From Hemiscyllium ocellatum (Eukaryota): 64,000 nucleotides of DNA. The stretch is taken from contig NC_083408.1 of the NCBI RefSeq assembly GCF_020745735.1, forward strand, positions 30,906,484 to 30,970,483. The letters run 5' to 3'. The notes under the pieces were generated by a model, which was not told the DNA's origin, searched no databases, and was given only the letters and a program-made list of their open reading frames with translations. Made by a program: the position numbers and the translations under genes. Positions 49,531 to 61,655 of the stretch are shown one piece after another; the first letter of the stretch is position 1, and each line of letters opens with the position of its first letter.

Positions 49531-52500
49531 GACAAATTCAGTTTTCGCTACAGGATTCCTAGAATTTACCTGTAGGGGTTTGGATGAATTTTGCACTTTC
49601 CAACAAGTTGCCGTTATATAGCCATCTACTCAAAGGCAATTAGGAATGGACAATAAATGCTGGACTTTTCACTGATGCTCTCATCCCATTAAATCATGAA
49701 GAGAAAAGGCCTCCTGGTTTATATAGTGACTAACTGAATTTAGCCTTTATTATTGGATTGACCTGATCGGATATTTGAAAGTTATTCATGGTGGTCACAC
49801 CCTTTTTTTGCGTAATTGTGAATCATTCGGTCTGGCATTATATAAGGAGAGTTAATTTTGTATTGCCTTCTGGAGATTGGATCTATCACATCCTGTGCGT
49901 GCAAGACCACCACATCTTCCTGAAAATGTTTCAATTTGGTGACTGGTCCAATTCATTGACTATGCCAAACTCTAAAATGGATGATATAAAATGTACAGAA
50001 CTCACACACTTTATATCACGCTCTCAAAGTGATTGTTTAGTCCTGATGAGTTTACCTGATTTGTTTCCTTATCCTTTTGTCATGTTTTACTTCATCCATC
50101 TCTCCATCCTATTTTAAATGTTGACACAGTTACTGCCTCAATTAAGCAAATGAATTGTACAGGTTCACTATTTATTTTGTTTTCTTGTATCAGTATAAAC
50201 CTTGGTTTTAGATTCTCCTGGTTGTTTCTATGCACCTTGTCCAAACCTGTCATCATTTCATAGGCATCTATAATATCCTGTAATTGTAATTTCTAGTACA
50301 AAGATCTCAATTATTCCTGACTTTTCCCAGATTTCACTTTCCTCTAGCACCAGCAGGATCTGAGTGAAATTGCATGTACCCTCTTGAAAGCCTCAATTTC
50401 TTCTCAATAGCGTACAGTATAATATGACATACAGTTCTAAAACTGCAGTCTTCTTAAGGCTTTGCCCGGGCTAATCATTACCAATTTAAATTCTAAACTT
50501 TGTGATTAACCCTTAAGTCAATAAATTACATGATAACATGAATTTGTTATCATCTCTCCCATGATGTTTAGTTCTCTTTGATTCTAAAAATTGATTCCTT
50601 TTTATCAAATGTATCATTTTACACTTAGCAGCATTGAATTCCATTTGGCATCTTTGGCCCATTCCCTCATTTTATTAATGTCCCTTTTCAATGTCCTCTG
50701 CTCTTCTAAAAACAAAATGGCTTTTCTTTCTATTTTGTATCATCTGTAAATTTCAGTGCAACTCCCTCCTGACCAACTCCAAATAATTAATTTATCCAAT
50801 TAACAGAAGTCATCCCGGAACTGAAACCCATGGGACACCATGAACCCCTTGTAACCACATTGGAACAATTGCCCCTGCTTGCTCTCCTCTAATGGGTTTT
50901 CAGACCAGTTTGCTACTCTATACTTCTTAATTTTTAATATATTCTGCCATGTGGTCTGTTTCAAAGGCTTTTATGCATACTGCTCTCCACTCCCTCAGCT
51001 ATCATGCCAATTACCACCTCAATAAATTGTGAGCCCTATCAATCATCAATTGTCCTTTTTTAAAATGATCTATTTATCAAGATGCATGATAATTTCATCT
51101 GCAGTTAAAGACTGTTACATATGAAATAATGTTCCATACTGTAGGTATTAATTTAACTGGCTTGTAATTATAAGTTATAGATAGATTTACAAGTCACAAG
51201 ACAATTAGTCTCTGTACCAGGAATACTGTAACTTTGATCATTCAAACTGCTAAGTGATATCTGACCTTCAGTTGAGGTAAGATGTCTTGTCCTTGAGTGT
51301 GTCTTTGCTCGTGAATTTGTATTCTAATTGGACAACATTAAAGTCACTTGCTTTGTCTTGCACAATGTGCTTTTGTCTTTTTGAGTTCACATTAAAATAT
51401 TGCAGGAAGATGGAACTGCAGGCCATTTGGTTTGAGTCAACATTTTATGAGGCAATAAAAATTCCTTGTGATGATATCTGATTTATAGAGAATTAAATAG
51501 CAGCTTGAGGGTTGAACTTCATTTAATGAAAGACATGGTTATGTTGATGAAATAATTTTCCACTGGACTAAGACCAGGACTCTTGTTAAAGATCTTTTTT
51601 CTGCCTCAGTGATCATTAAAAGTGTTTATATTATCCCACAAAAGGAAGGGTAAGTTTGTTTTTATAAAGTTGTAAATCTATAGATTTTCCCATTCAATAA
51701 AGCAGTTATTATCTCTGTTTAGGTACTTTTCGTTTCTGATGAGATGCCCAAGAAGTTGAGAAACATTCCCCAGGATTTATTACTGTTCCTCTTCCAACCC
51801 TGTTGAATGAACACGAATCATGCAGTAACCCTAATTGTGCTGAACAAACAGGATGCATAGATAGTTGAAGTGAATAACAGTCATTCTGCTGAATAAACAG
51901 GAATGAAATGCAGTTACGCAGTTGGTAACCAAGATCTCTGAACAGTGTTCAGAGCCCAACTTCACAAGAGCCCGCATTACAAATTTTCCAAGCTTGCCAG
52001 TTTTGCAGCTGGAATTCCATTGACTACTCAGCTGGAAGCAGGGCTAACTTACCTGCTGTTTTCCCAGCTAACACCATCCCATGCTGTAGCTTGAATGCAC
52101 AAGGTGATCTGATATCTTCCTCAATGACTGGTCTGTTCTTATCAGTGCCATAGTCACTGGTCAGCTGACTTCATTCAGGGTTGGAGTTGACAAGTTTGTT
52201 ATGCAGAATCAACTCCATTCTATTAGACATGTTGTTTTAGAGCCACTTTGACCCAAAAGATCCTCCTTAACTCTCAGGCTAAACAACAGCACACACCCCT
52301 GCTGCCCACACTCTTCATCAAAAGGTGTTCACTTGTTGACGATGAGAGAATGGACAATGTCAACTTTAAATCTCTAATGGAAAGACAGCGCAATTGTCCG
52401 AATTCGTTATTGCTACTCTCTTAGCACAATATGGACACACCATGTCGTAATGTGTAGTGTTTTTATCTGGAGAAAATATTGTTTACCTATCTGAAACCCT

Positions 52501-53969
52501 GACCAAGGAATGTAAGCTCATTCCAGCAATTCTTATCACTGGGATTGCTGCGTGATTTGGGACAATGAGTGCAGACAAGTGAGCCAGCGATACAGACAAT
52601 GCTGACTGAGATATGGAATTACCCTGAATGGATACCAACCCGGGGAAGAGACTTTGTTGGGGCAATGAGGACACAAGATGGACCATACAATGAGAAAACC
52701 TTTCTACAAAGGAAGGAACGGTTTAGGATTTACAGAATTGAAGTGGATTATTTTGCAGTATTTTGTGATTCATTTGATTGCTGTGTTAATTGAAGCAAAA
52801 TGTAAAGCACACAGTTTCATCACTGGTCTTGTTTTTAAGGAAAAAACATTTGATGAAATCAAGTACAAATTACTGGTCAATTGCTGTGTGCTTAATCTAA
52901 ACTAATTTACCACTGACTATATAAACATTCTTCACTATCCTCTGACACAAAATAAGGAAAAATCTCTCTTTTAAAAAGAAAATTGCTGTTCCTCACATGT
53001 ACTTCTCAAACTGTGGGTAACTGATGAATGTTGAAACTCCTGATGACGCAACTCTTTATGGGACGTTAATATTATTGTGTGAAATATGATTTACTGATTT
53101 AACCGCCTTCTGGCTTTTTCCTGTTTAAATACTGAATCCTCTGGGCCATGCCTGTCTTGTTAATACCATTGCTGTTGTTAAATCTGAATTGCTCATTCAA
53201 GTATAAAACTTGCCCTATTTTCTTGTTGCTAAACTAATTGCTGATATGAAGCCTGGCCTTAATCTGTGTCCCAACTGCTTTGATTTGAATTCTGTTTTGC
53301 AGTTGGTCACTTTGATTTGATTTCGGGACACATCTGCTTTTTCAGATTATGCTAATTCTGATGCACACCCGATTCTGTGATGATAATCTATCTGCTTCCC
53401 GTCAAGAATGCTTTGGAGAACTGCAAAGTTAACGTCGGAATTCTGAGTGGTCATGATGTTGCAGACTTGAAGAGCTGTCTGTTTATTTTGAAAGTTGTCT
53501 CGGCAGGATTTTCAGTTTTGTGATTAGTCTTGGGATTGCGTGGGTTTAAGATTTTGCTAACCATGGAATCTATGTGTCAACTTCCCAAGAGTCTTTGGGG
53601 GCTGAATATTGTATTCCATATGATGAGACGATGAAGTAGAGATTGGGAAAAGGCTCACTAAAGTCATGTTTAGACTCTGGATAGGAGTGCGGCTCCATGG
53701 AACATTTTAAGGTCATGGTCTAATTATTCAACAGACCATCCTTCATGTATGAGGCAAGATGATGAATGTTGGCAGATATTTCAGACAGGGTATGATGCAA
53801 CTGACTTTATTCCTAACAATATAAGTGCTCAAACTTTATACAGACTCATTGTTTTAAACTTGTTGCTGAACTGTTGACATACAAAAGTTTATTTTATTCA
53901 GCTGTGGGATATGTATGTCGTTGGCTGGCCAGCATCTACTGTCGATACTAGTTGCCATTGAAATGGTGG

Positions 53970-55030
53970 TCAGCAGGAGGCTGGAAGAACACAGCAAGCC
54001 TGGCAGCATCAGGAGGTGGAGAAGTGGATGTTTCAGGACTGGGAGTGGGTGTAAGGGGACTTGGGGTGGGGGGGGATGCAAAGTGGTGAGGTGGGGATAG
54101 GTAGAGACAGGTAGAAGGTACGACCTGGTTGGTCAATGGGAGGAATGAATCTAATAGGTGGCTGAGAGGAGTGGAAGGGAGGGAGGTGGGGTTGGGAAGG
54201 GAGGTTATTTGAAATTGGAGAACTCAATGTTGAGTCCTCCAGGCTGTAGGCTGCCCAAGTAGAAGATGAAGTGTTGTTCCTCCAATTTACGATATGATTC
54301 ATTGTGGCAGTGGAGGAGGCCAAGGATGGTCATGTCAGAAATGGAGCGGGAAGGGAAATTAAAATGGGCGGTGAGTGGTTGGCCCCTGCAGGCCCAGCTG
54401 AGACACTCGGTGAAATGTTCCCTTTGTTTTTTTTTGTAAGAATCACTACAGTGTGAAAACGGGCCCTTCGGCCCAACAAGTCCACACCAACCCTCTGAGG
54501 AGCATCCCACCCGAACCCATTCCCCATCACTCTACTTTTACCCCTGACTAATGCACCTAACCTACGCATTCCTGAACACTATAGGCAATTTAGCATAGCC
54601 AATTCACCTAAACTGCACATCTTTGTACCAGAGTAACCAGGAAACCCATGCAGACACAGGGAGAATGTGCAAACTCCACACAGACAGTCACCCAAGGCTG
54701 GAATCGAAACCGGGTCTCTGGCACTGTGAGGCAGCAGTGCTAACCACTGGGCCACTGTGCCACCTCCCTGATGTAGAGAAGACCATATCGGGAGCACTGG
54801 ATACGGTAAATTAGGCTGTAGGAGAGGCAGGTGAACTTCTGTCTCACCTGGAAGCCCTGTTGGGGCCGTGGATGGAGATGAGGTGGGGTGGTGTGTTGGC
54901 AGGTTTCACATCTTTTCCTGTTGCAGGGAGTATGTGGGGGTTGGGGAGAGTGGCACAGACCAAGGATTGGCAGAGGCAATGGTCCTTGTGGAAGGTGGGG
55001 AGGGGAACATGTCCTTCGTGGTGGCATGCT
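53970..55030 (-). mobile_element. Penelope-like element GIY-YIG domain and 3' UTR, interrupted by a SINE
   Basis: PCNRKRCETCQH..FQVRQKFTCLSYSLIYRIQCSRYGLLYI | SINE | REHF..AHFN..RKLEEQHFIFYLGSLQPGGLNIEF. Confidence 0.88.
54437..54764 (-). mobile_element. HE1/V-SINE-like SINE
   Basis: Reverse head gtggcacagtggcccagtggttagcactgctgcctcacag, V-domain and CR1-like tail. Confidence 0.9.
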
Positions 55031-55169
55031 GCCTTGACTTGATTTGATTTATTATTGTCACATTTACTGAGATACAGTGAAAAGTACTGTTTTGTGTGAT
55101 AACCAGACAAATCCTACCTCATAAGCATTCATCAAAGAATTGTCACTGTCCATGTACTGTACACAGAAC

Positions 55170-56610
55170 CACAATGCCCGTAGGGAGGGAATTCCAGGAT
55201 TTTGAGCCAGTGACAGTGAAGGAACGATGATATATTTCCAAGTCAGGCTGATGAGTCACCTGGAAAGGTGTTCCCATGGATATGTTGCCCTTATTCTTCT
55301 GGATGGAAGCGGGCATGGGTTTGGAAAGTGCTATCTAAGGAGCTTTGGTGAATTTCTGCAGTGCATCTTGTAGATAATACACACTGCTGCTACTGAACTT
55401 CAGCGGTGGGGGGAGTGGATGCTTGTGGCTGTGATACTCACCAAGTGGGCTCCTGGATGGTGTCGAGCTTCTTGAGTGTTATTCGAGGTACATCCATTCA
55501 GGCACGTGGGACGTATTCCATCACACTCCTGACTTGTACTTGGTAGATGGTGGACAGGCTTTCAGGAGTCAGAAGGTGAAATGTTCACTCCAGTATTCTT
55601 CGCCTCTGACTTGCTTTTGTAACCACTGTATTTATATTGGTGAGTCCAGTTTGTCTCTGGCCAATGGTAACCTCTAGGAGTGGTGATGGTGGCCACAGTG
55701 AATAACAAGGGACGGTGGTTAGAATGTCTCTTATTGATGTGATTAAATTTCACTTATTGAGATGTTCATTGCCTGGCATTTGTGTGGTGTGTGATATGTT
55801 GGACGGTTCCACCATTGGAGAATGGGGCTATTTGTGGGACCTCCTCCTGTGGGCCGCCATTCGTGACTGGATTTAGCAGGACTGCAGACTTAGATCTGAT
55901 CTGTTGATTCTGGGATTGCTTTGTTCGAACTATCACTTGCTGCTTATGTAGAATGGCCCGCAAGTAGTCCTGTATGGTAGCTCTGCTCGGTTGACATCTT
56001 ATTTTTCGGTAGGTCTAGTGCTGCTCCTGGCATGCCCTTCTGCACTCGCCATTGAGCCAAGATTGATCTGCTGACTTGATGGTCATGGTTGAGCGGAGGA
56101 TATGCCAGGCCATGAGGTTGCAGATTATATTGGAGTACGATTATTCTGCTGTTGATGGTGCATAGTGCCCCATTTATGCCCATTCTTAAGTTGGTGGATC
56201 TGTTTGAATTTTGTTCCATTTAGCACGGTGATAGTGCCACAGAACATGATGGAGGTTATTCTCACTGAATCAGGGGATCTTCATCTCCCAAAGGACGATG
56301 TGGTGATTGCCCTTAATTGTTATCTGACATGGTATCATTAAGGATGAGGCCAAATATATTTTTCTCTTTTGATGGTTCCCTCACCATCTGCTGCAGACTC
56401 AGTCTAGTAACTATGTCCTTTAGGACTAGACCTGCTCGGTCAGTAGTGCTGCTGCCAAGCCCTCTTTGTAATCGACATTGAAATCTCCTACCGAGAGTAC
56501 ATTTTTCCTTCTTGTCACTCTCTATGTTTACTCCAAGTGTTGTTCAACATGGGGAAGTACTGATTCATCACCCAAGTGAGGATGGTAATCAGCAGGGAGT
56601 TTCCTTGTCA
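55170..56610 (-). mobile_element. Decayed LINE (CR1/L2-group) fragment, same family as 16500-17000 and 29150-29735
   Basis: Reverse complement of the shared tail (gaattccaggattttga..cagtgacagtgaaggaacg.tgatatatttccaagtcagg) with upstream ORF2-like decay. Confidence 0.65.
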
Positions 56611-56817
56611 AATCTGGAGAACTTATCCCTTTATCTCAAATAATTCTCCCCCTCTTTTTCCTGTGAAATATGAAATCTTTTAACATGAATACTCAAAACT
56701 AAGAGCTTTGACTTTTTAAGCTTTCAACAACCTGCAGATTTCTAACCAACGCTCCTGGATTGGAATTTTCACCAACTAAACTTTTCTGTTGAGGTAACTG
56801 TCCTATTTCGTGTGCTC

Positions 56818-56850
56818 GTCTGTCTGTGCGTGTGTGTCTGTGTCTGTGTA
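56818..56850. repeat. Imperfect (TG)n/(TCTG)n microsatellite
   Basis: gtctgtctgtgcgtgtgtgtctgtgtctgtgt. Confidence 0.7.
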
Positions 56851-57564
56851 TCCATATCTGCTTCTGACCTCAGCCAGGTCTCTGAACTGACTAAAAACTT
56901 TTATTCTCTGGGCTTTCTCAACTAGAATCAATTCTTAACTTTAAACCCAAAGTAAACATCTGACCTTCAATCTGTAATCCACCTGCTGTCAAGCACCACA
57001 GTAAATATTAGTTTCCATTTATCCCTGCTCTCTGATACATATTGAGTTAGGTCAATGTTTTAGAAGGACTGACTGACCTTTTTTTTAGAGCCCTTCGTCC
57101 ATCTGCTATTTTCCTATAATGCAGACTCTAAATAGCATGTTAATATATACAGATCTTAATTGTAATCTATAACACTTTAATCACACTGCACTTTAAAAGA
57201 ACCTCATTGGACTTCAAGCATTATGAGACATTTTTGAGATTGTGAAGGGTACTGCTGAAATGCTAGACTGCTTATTATGTTTGTACAGGTGTAACTTGTT
57301 ATAAAGGCATAAGGGAACAACTTGGGCACTCGAGAAAAGGTGATAAGAAGTGGGAATGTGTGTGGGAGGCTGCAAGGTAATCTTTCAAGTCTCCACAAGA
57401 TTTTTTGAAGATTCAAAAGGATTTGTGGCTGAACACAAAATGAGTGTAACCTGAAAAAGTAATGACTGTTGCCTTCACAATGAGCTTTTTCAGATCATAT
57501 CCGCTTTTCCCACTGTTGAAATTCCCCATTATAAAATCACATTTTTCCATTATGCCTCCCTAAT

Positions 57565-57897
57565 CACAGTGGCACAGTGGTTAGTACTGCTGACTTACAG
57601 TGCTAGGGACCCATCTGTCATTGTGGAATTTACACATTCTCTCAGTGTCTACGTGGGTTTCCTCTGGGTGCCCTGGTTCCTTTCCACAGTCTAAAGATGT
57701 CCAGGTTAGATGGATTAGTCATGCTAAATTGCCCATTCTGTCTAGGAGTGTATAGATTAGGTAGGTTAGCCATGGTTATTTAAAAAAAAACACATGGGCT
57801 TATGAGGATGGATCTGGGTGGGATGCTATTCAGAAAATCAGTGCAGACCCAATGGGCCAAATGGCCTCTTTTTGCACTGCAGGGCTTCAGTGATTCT
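57565..57897 (+). mobile_element. HE1/V-SINE-like SINE, decayed
   Basis: cacagtggcacagtggttagtactgctg head and V-domain. Confidence 0.82.
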
Positions 57898-58929
57898 ATT
57901 AATTTCCACTTGTGCTTCATTGTGGTTTGTCATCTGTCCCTGCTGCATTCTCAACTTCCTTCCGGTCCAAGACTCTGTTTTCCCTCGTAATTCATATGCT
58001 CAAATTCAAAAGGTTTAAAATAGATGACTTATTCTTATCTAAGTTAATCTTCACCTGTGCATGATATTTAAAAATAGCTTTCTAAAGAATTTTGAACAGA
58101 TTTGTTGATATCTTTCTCATTCTGGATGTAAGTTTGCTTGCTGAGCTGGTAGGTTCATTTTCATTGTTTCTCATTGTTTGTGCAGTGTGATCTCATTCCG
58201 AAATGAAATCAGCAAGAGCGTGTGAAATATTTGTGTGATTATTGTAGCAGTTTCCATTCTAGGATATGGGTTGGTGGCAAGGCCATTGATACTAACCTAA
58301 GAAGGTGATAGTCCTCCTGATCTGCTCCAGCCTATGAGCTTTAAGTTGGGGACTGGGATGTATATGTCGAAATCTGGGTAGTGTCTACTTGGGATGTTTA
58401 GTCTTTCTTGACATTGCTGGTGTGCCGTTCTTGATGGTAGATAGTGCTGTATAAGTAACTGGAACAAATACCATCAGTAACACAGGTTGGCTCGTCATTT
58501 CATTGCTATCCGTAGGATAATTCAGTAAGTAAGTTGGGTCTGCTTGTCTCTTCTTCACAATAATCATCACATTTCAGAAATACATAATTTTTGGAACATC
58601 CCAAGGTTGTAGAAACACTTTAGTAATGCAAATTTTGCTTTTAGTTTTGCCCTTTAATGTAATGTGAGTGGAATTAAGTTACAATCACTTCTAACTAGAT
58701 TCCTCCCTCATCTTAGTTACTTTACCACTTGATACATTGCTGTTGAAGTGATGCACTGCAGAAATGCGTGGACAAATTTCAGTTGTAGAAATATAATTGC
58801 AAAACCATTGACATCTTGATCTCCTCTGAATTTTGCTTTTTATCAGATTAAAGTTTTAGTTATCAGAGGAAGGAAGAGGAACTAGTTATTTTTGAAGAGC
58901 ATTTTGCTTCAGTATTATGAGAATGTCAA

Positions 58930-59900
58930 GCAGTGACCAGCGAGGTACCACAAGGATCAGTGCTGGGTCCACTGCTTTTCATAATTTATATAAATTATTT
59001 GGATATGAACATAAGAGATCTGATTAGTAAGTTTTCAGATGGCACTAAAATAGATGGTTGTGTAGACAATGAGGAAGATTATCTGAGTACAATGGGACTT
59101 TGATCAGATGGGCCAGGTGGTATTTAATTTACATAAATACGAGTTATTGCATTTTGGTAAGATGAACAAGGACTTAGACAGTTAATGGTGGAGCCCTGGG
59201 GAGTGTTGCTGAACACAGAGACCTAAGGGTGCAGGTGCTTAGTTCTTTGAAAGTGAAGTGGCAGGTAGACAGGGTGGTGAAGGTGGTGTTTGGCACACTT
59301 GCCTTCATTGGTCAGTGTATTGAGTGTCGGAGTTGGGATGACACGTTGTGGTGGTACAGGACATTGATGAGGCCACTTTTGGAATACTGTGTACAGTTCT
59401 GGTCTCCCTTCTGTAGGTAGGTTGTGGTTCAACTTGAGATTGAACAAGAAAAAGATTTATAAGGATGTTGCTGGGAGAGGAGGATTTGAGTTACAGGGAG
59501 AGGCTGAATGGACTGGGGCTTTATTCCCTGGAGCATCAGAAATTAAGGGGCAACCTTGTAGAGGTTTATAAAGTAATGAGGGGCGCGAGTAGGGTGAATA
59601 GCCAAGGTCTTTTTTTTCTAGGATAGGGAGTTCAAAACCAGAGGGCATAGGTTTAAGGTGCGAAGGGAAAGCTTTAAAAGGGATCTAAGGGACAACTTCT
59701 TCATACAGAGGGTGGTGCATGTATGTAATGAGCTACCAGGCGAAGTGGTGGAGGCTGGTATAACTATACATTGGATGCATCTATGAGTAGGAATTGTTAA
59801 GCAGGATATGGACCAAATGCTGGTAAATGGGTTTACATCAGACTGGGATGTTTGGTCAGCATGGTTGAGTTCTGTTTTTGGGCTGCATAACCCTGACTCA
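58930..59900 (+). mobile_element. CR1 LINE RT to 3' end
   Basis: VPQGSVLGPLLFIIYIN.LD..SKFSDGTK; RPLLEYCVQFWSP. Confidence 0.92.
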
Positions 59901-60249
59901 GAAGTAAAGTTTTGCATAATTTCGATCATGCAGTATCAGCAGTAATTTTCCCAAGGCAGGTGTTAGGTGCGGAGTAAATCATCTTCGGTGCTGTTCCTTT
60001 AAACACCTCAAGTGCCAGGTTGGGCTTGAGGGGCTGAATATTAGTTGTAGCTGACCCGAGTGCAACTTGCTAATTGTTAAATTGTAATAACTCAGGAAAC
60101 CTGACTGGAACGAACATTTTTTATTGTTGAATATCAAAATAGTGTCACTACTCATGGCATAAATAGGCTAGCCCCAGCCCAGGGCAGAAGGTCATGCAGA
60201 AGCTGACCCTGAGTCTGCTTTTTAAAAAAAATTAACCGATTTTTCTAAT

Positions 60250-60450
60250 CAATAGAGTAATAGAGTCATATAGCACAGAAACAGACCCTTGGGTCCAACC
60301 AGTCCATGCCGAGCATAATCCCAAACTGAACTATTCCCACCTGCCTGCTCCTGGTTCATATCCCTCCAAACCTTTCCTATTCATGTACTTACCTAAGTGT
60401 CTTTTAAATGTTGTAACTGTGCCTGCAGCCACCACTTCCTCAGGAAGTTC
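60250..60450 (-). mobile_element. CR1/HER1 3' tail
   Basis: Similar to 7185-7370. Confidence 0.82.
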
Positions 60451-61007
60451 AGATGTTACTACACATCTCTGGATTAGGTGGGACTTGTACTTGGATCTCC
60501 TGGTCCAGAGGTAGGGACATTACCATGTTTTGTATTCACCTATTTTCCAATCAACCAGTTGAGGGATGCTATTACGGACCACAGGACCTAAACTCAAAAA
60601 AAAGATTAATTAGTGATTCCCCCTGGGCCTTGTAGGGGTCATCACATGGAAAATTTGCTGATTTAATCATCTCATTTCGACCTATGCTTTTCTTGTTGAA
60701 CAGAACCCATGCAGTTAGTCAGTGCCCCAGGATCATTTGCTAAGTGTGACAACTTGGCAATACAATATGATCAGTTCACACTGATGTTCAAATACCATAT
60801 ACTATTGGGTTTGTGATTTTATCCTTTTCTTTTCTCTGTCCAAATCTACCACGGCTTTTTTTCTGGCAGTGCTGTCATTCTCATATGAAAACCTGAATTT
60901 CTACCTGCAGTCTGAAATCGCACCTTCATATTTAGCACTTTACACACAGTGCTTTGCGTTCGGTAACTAGCAACCATAGGCACAGCACAAAGTTTTGGCT
61001 TGGATAA

Positions 61008-61655
61008 GTCATAGAATCATAGAGCTGTACAACATGGAAACAGACACTTTGGACAGACTCATCCGTGCTGACCAGATATGCTAAATAAATCTAGTCCCAT
61101 TTGTCAGCATTTGGGCCTGTGTTCCCTAAACCTTTAATATTCATATACCCATCCAGATGCCCTTTAAGTGTTGAAATTGTACCAGCCTCCACCATTTCCT
61201 GTGGCAGCTCATTCCATACACACACCACCCCCTGCCCTTAAATCACTTTTAAACCTTCTCCTTCTCACCTTAAACCTATGCCCTCTAGTTTTGGACTTTG
61301 CACTTGGAAAAAAGAACTTGGCTATTCACCCTATCCATACCCCCCATTTTATAAATCTCTATGAGGTCACCCCTCAGCCTCCGACGCTCCAGGGAAAACA
61401 GCCCCAGCTTATTCAGCCTCTCCCTATCGCTCAAACCCTACAACCCTGGCAACTTCCTTGTAAATCTTTGCTGAACCCTTTCAAGTTTCACAACATCTTT
61501 CCTACAGCAGGGATACCGGATTTGCATGCAGTATTCCAAAAGTGGCCTAACCAATGTCCTGTATAGTCACAACATGACCTCCCAACTCCTATACTCAATG
61601 CTCTGACCAACAAAGGAAAGCATTCTAATTACCTCCTTCACTTTCTGGTCGACCT
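61008..61655 (-). mobile_element. CR1/HER1 3' fragment
   Basis: Reverse of RTLVRPLLEYCMQI...KLERVQ..RRLRGDLIE plus the tail. Confidence 0.9.
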
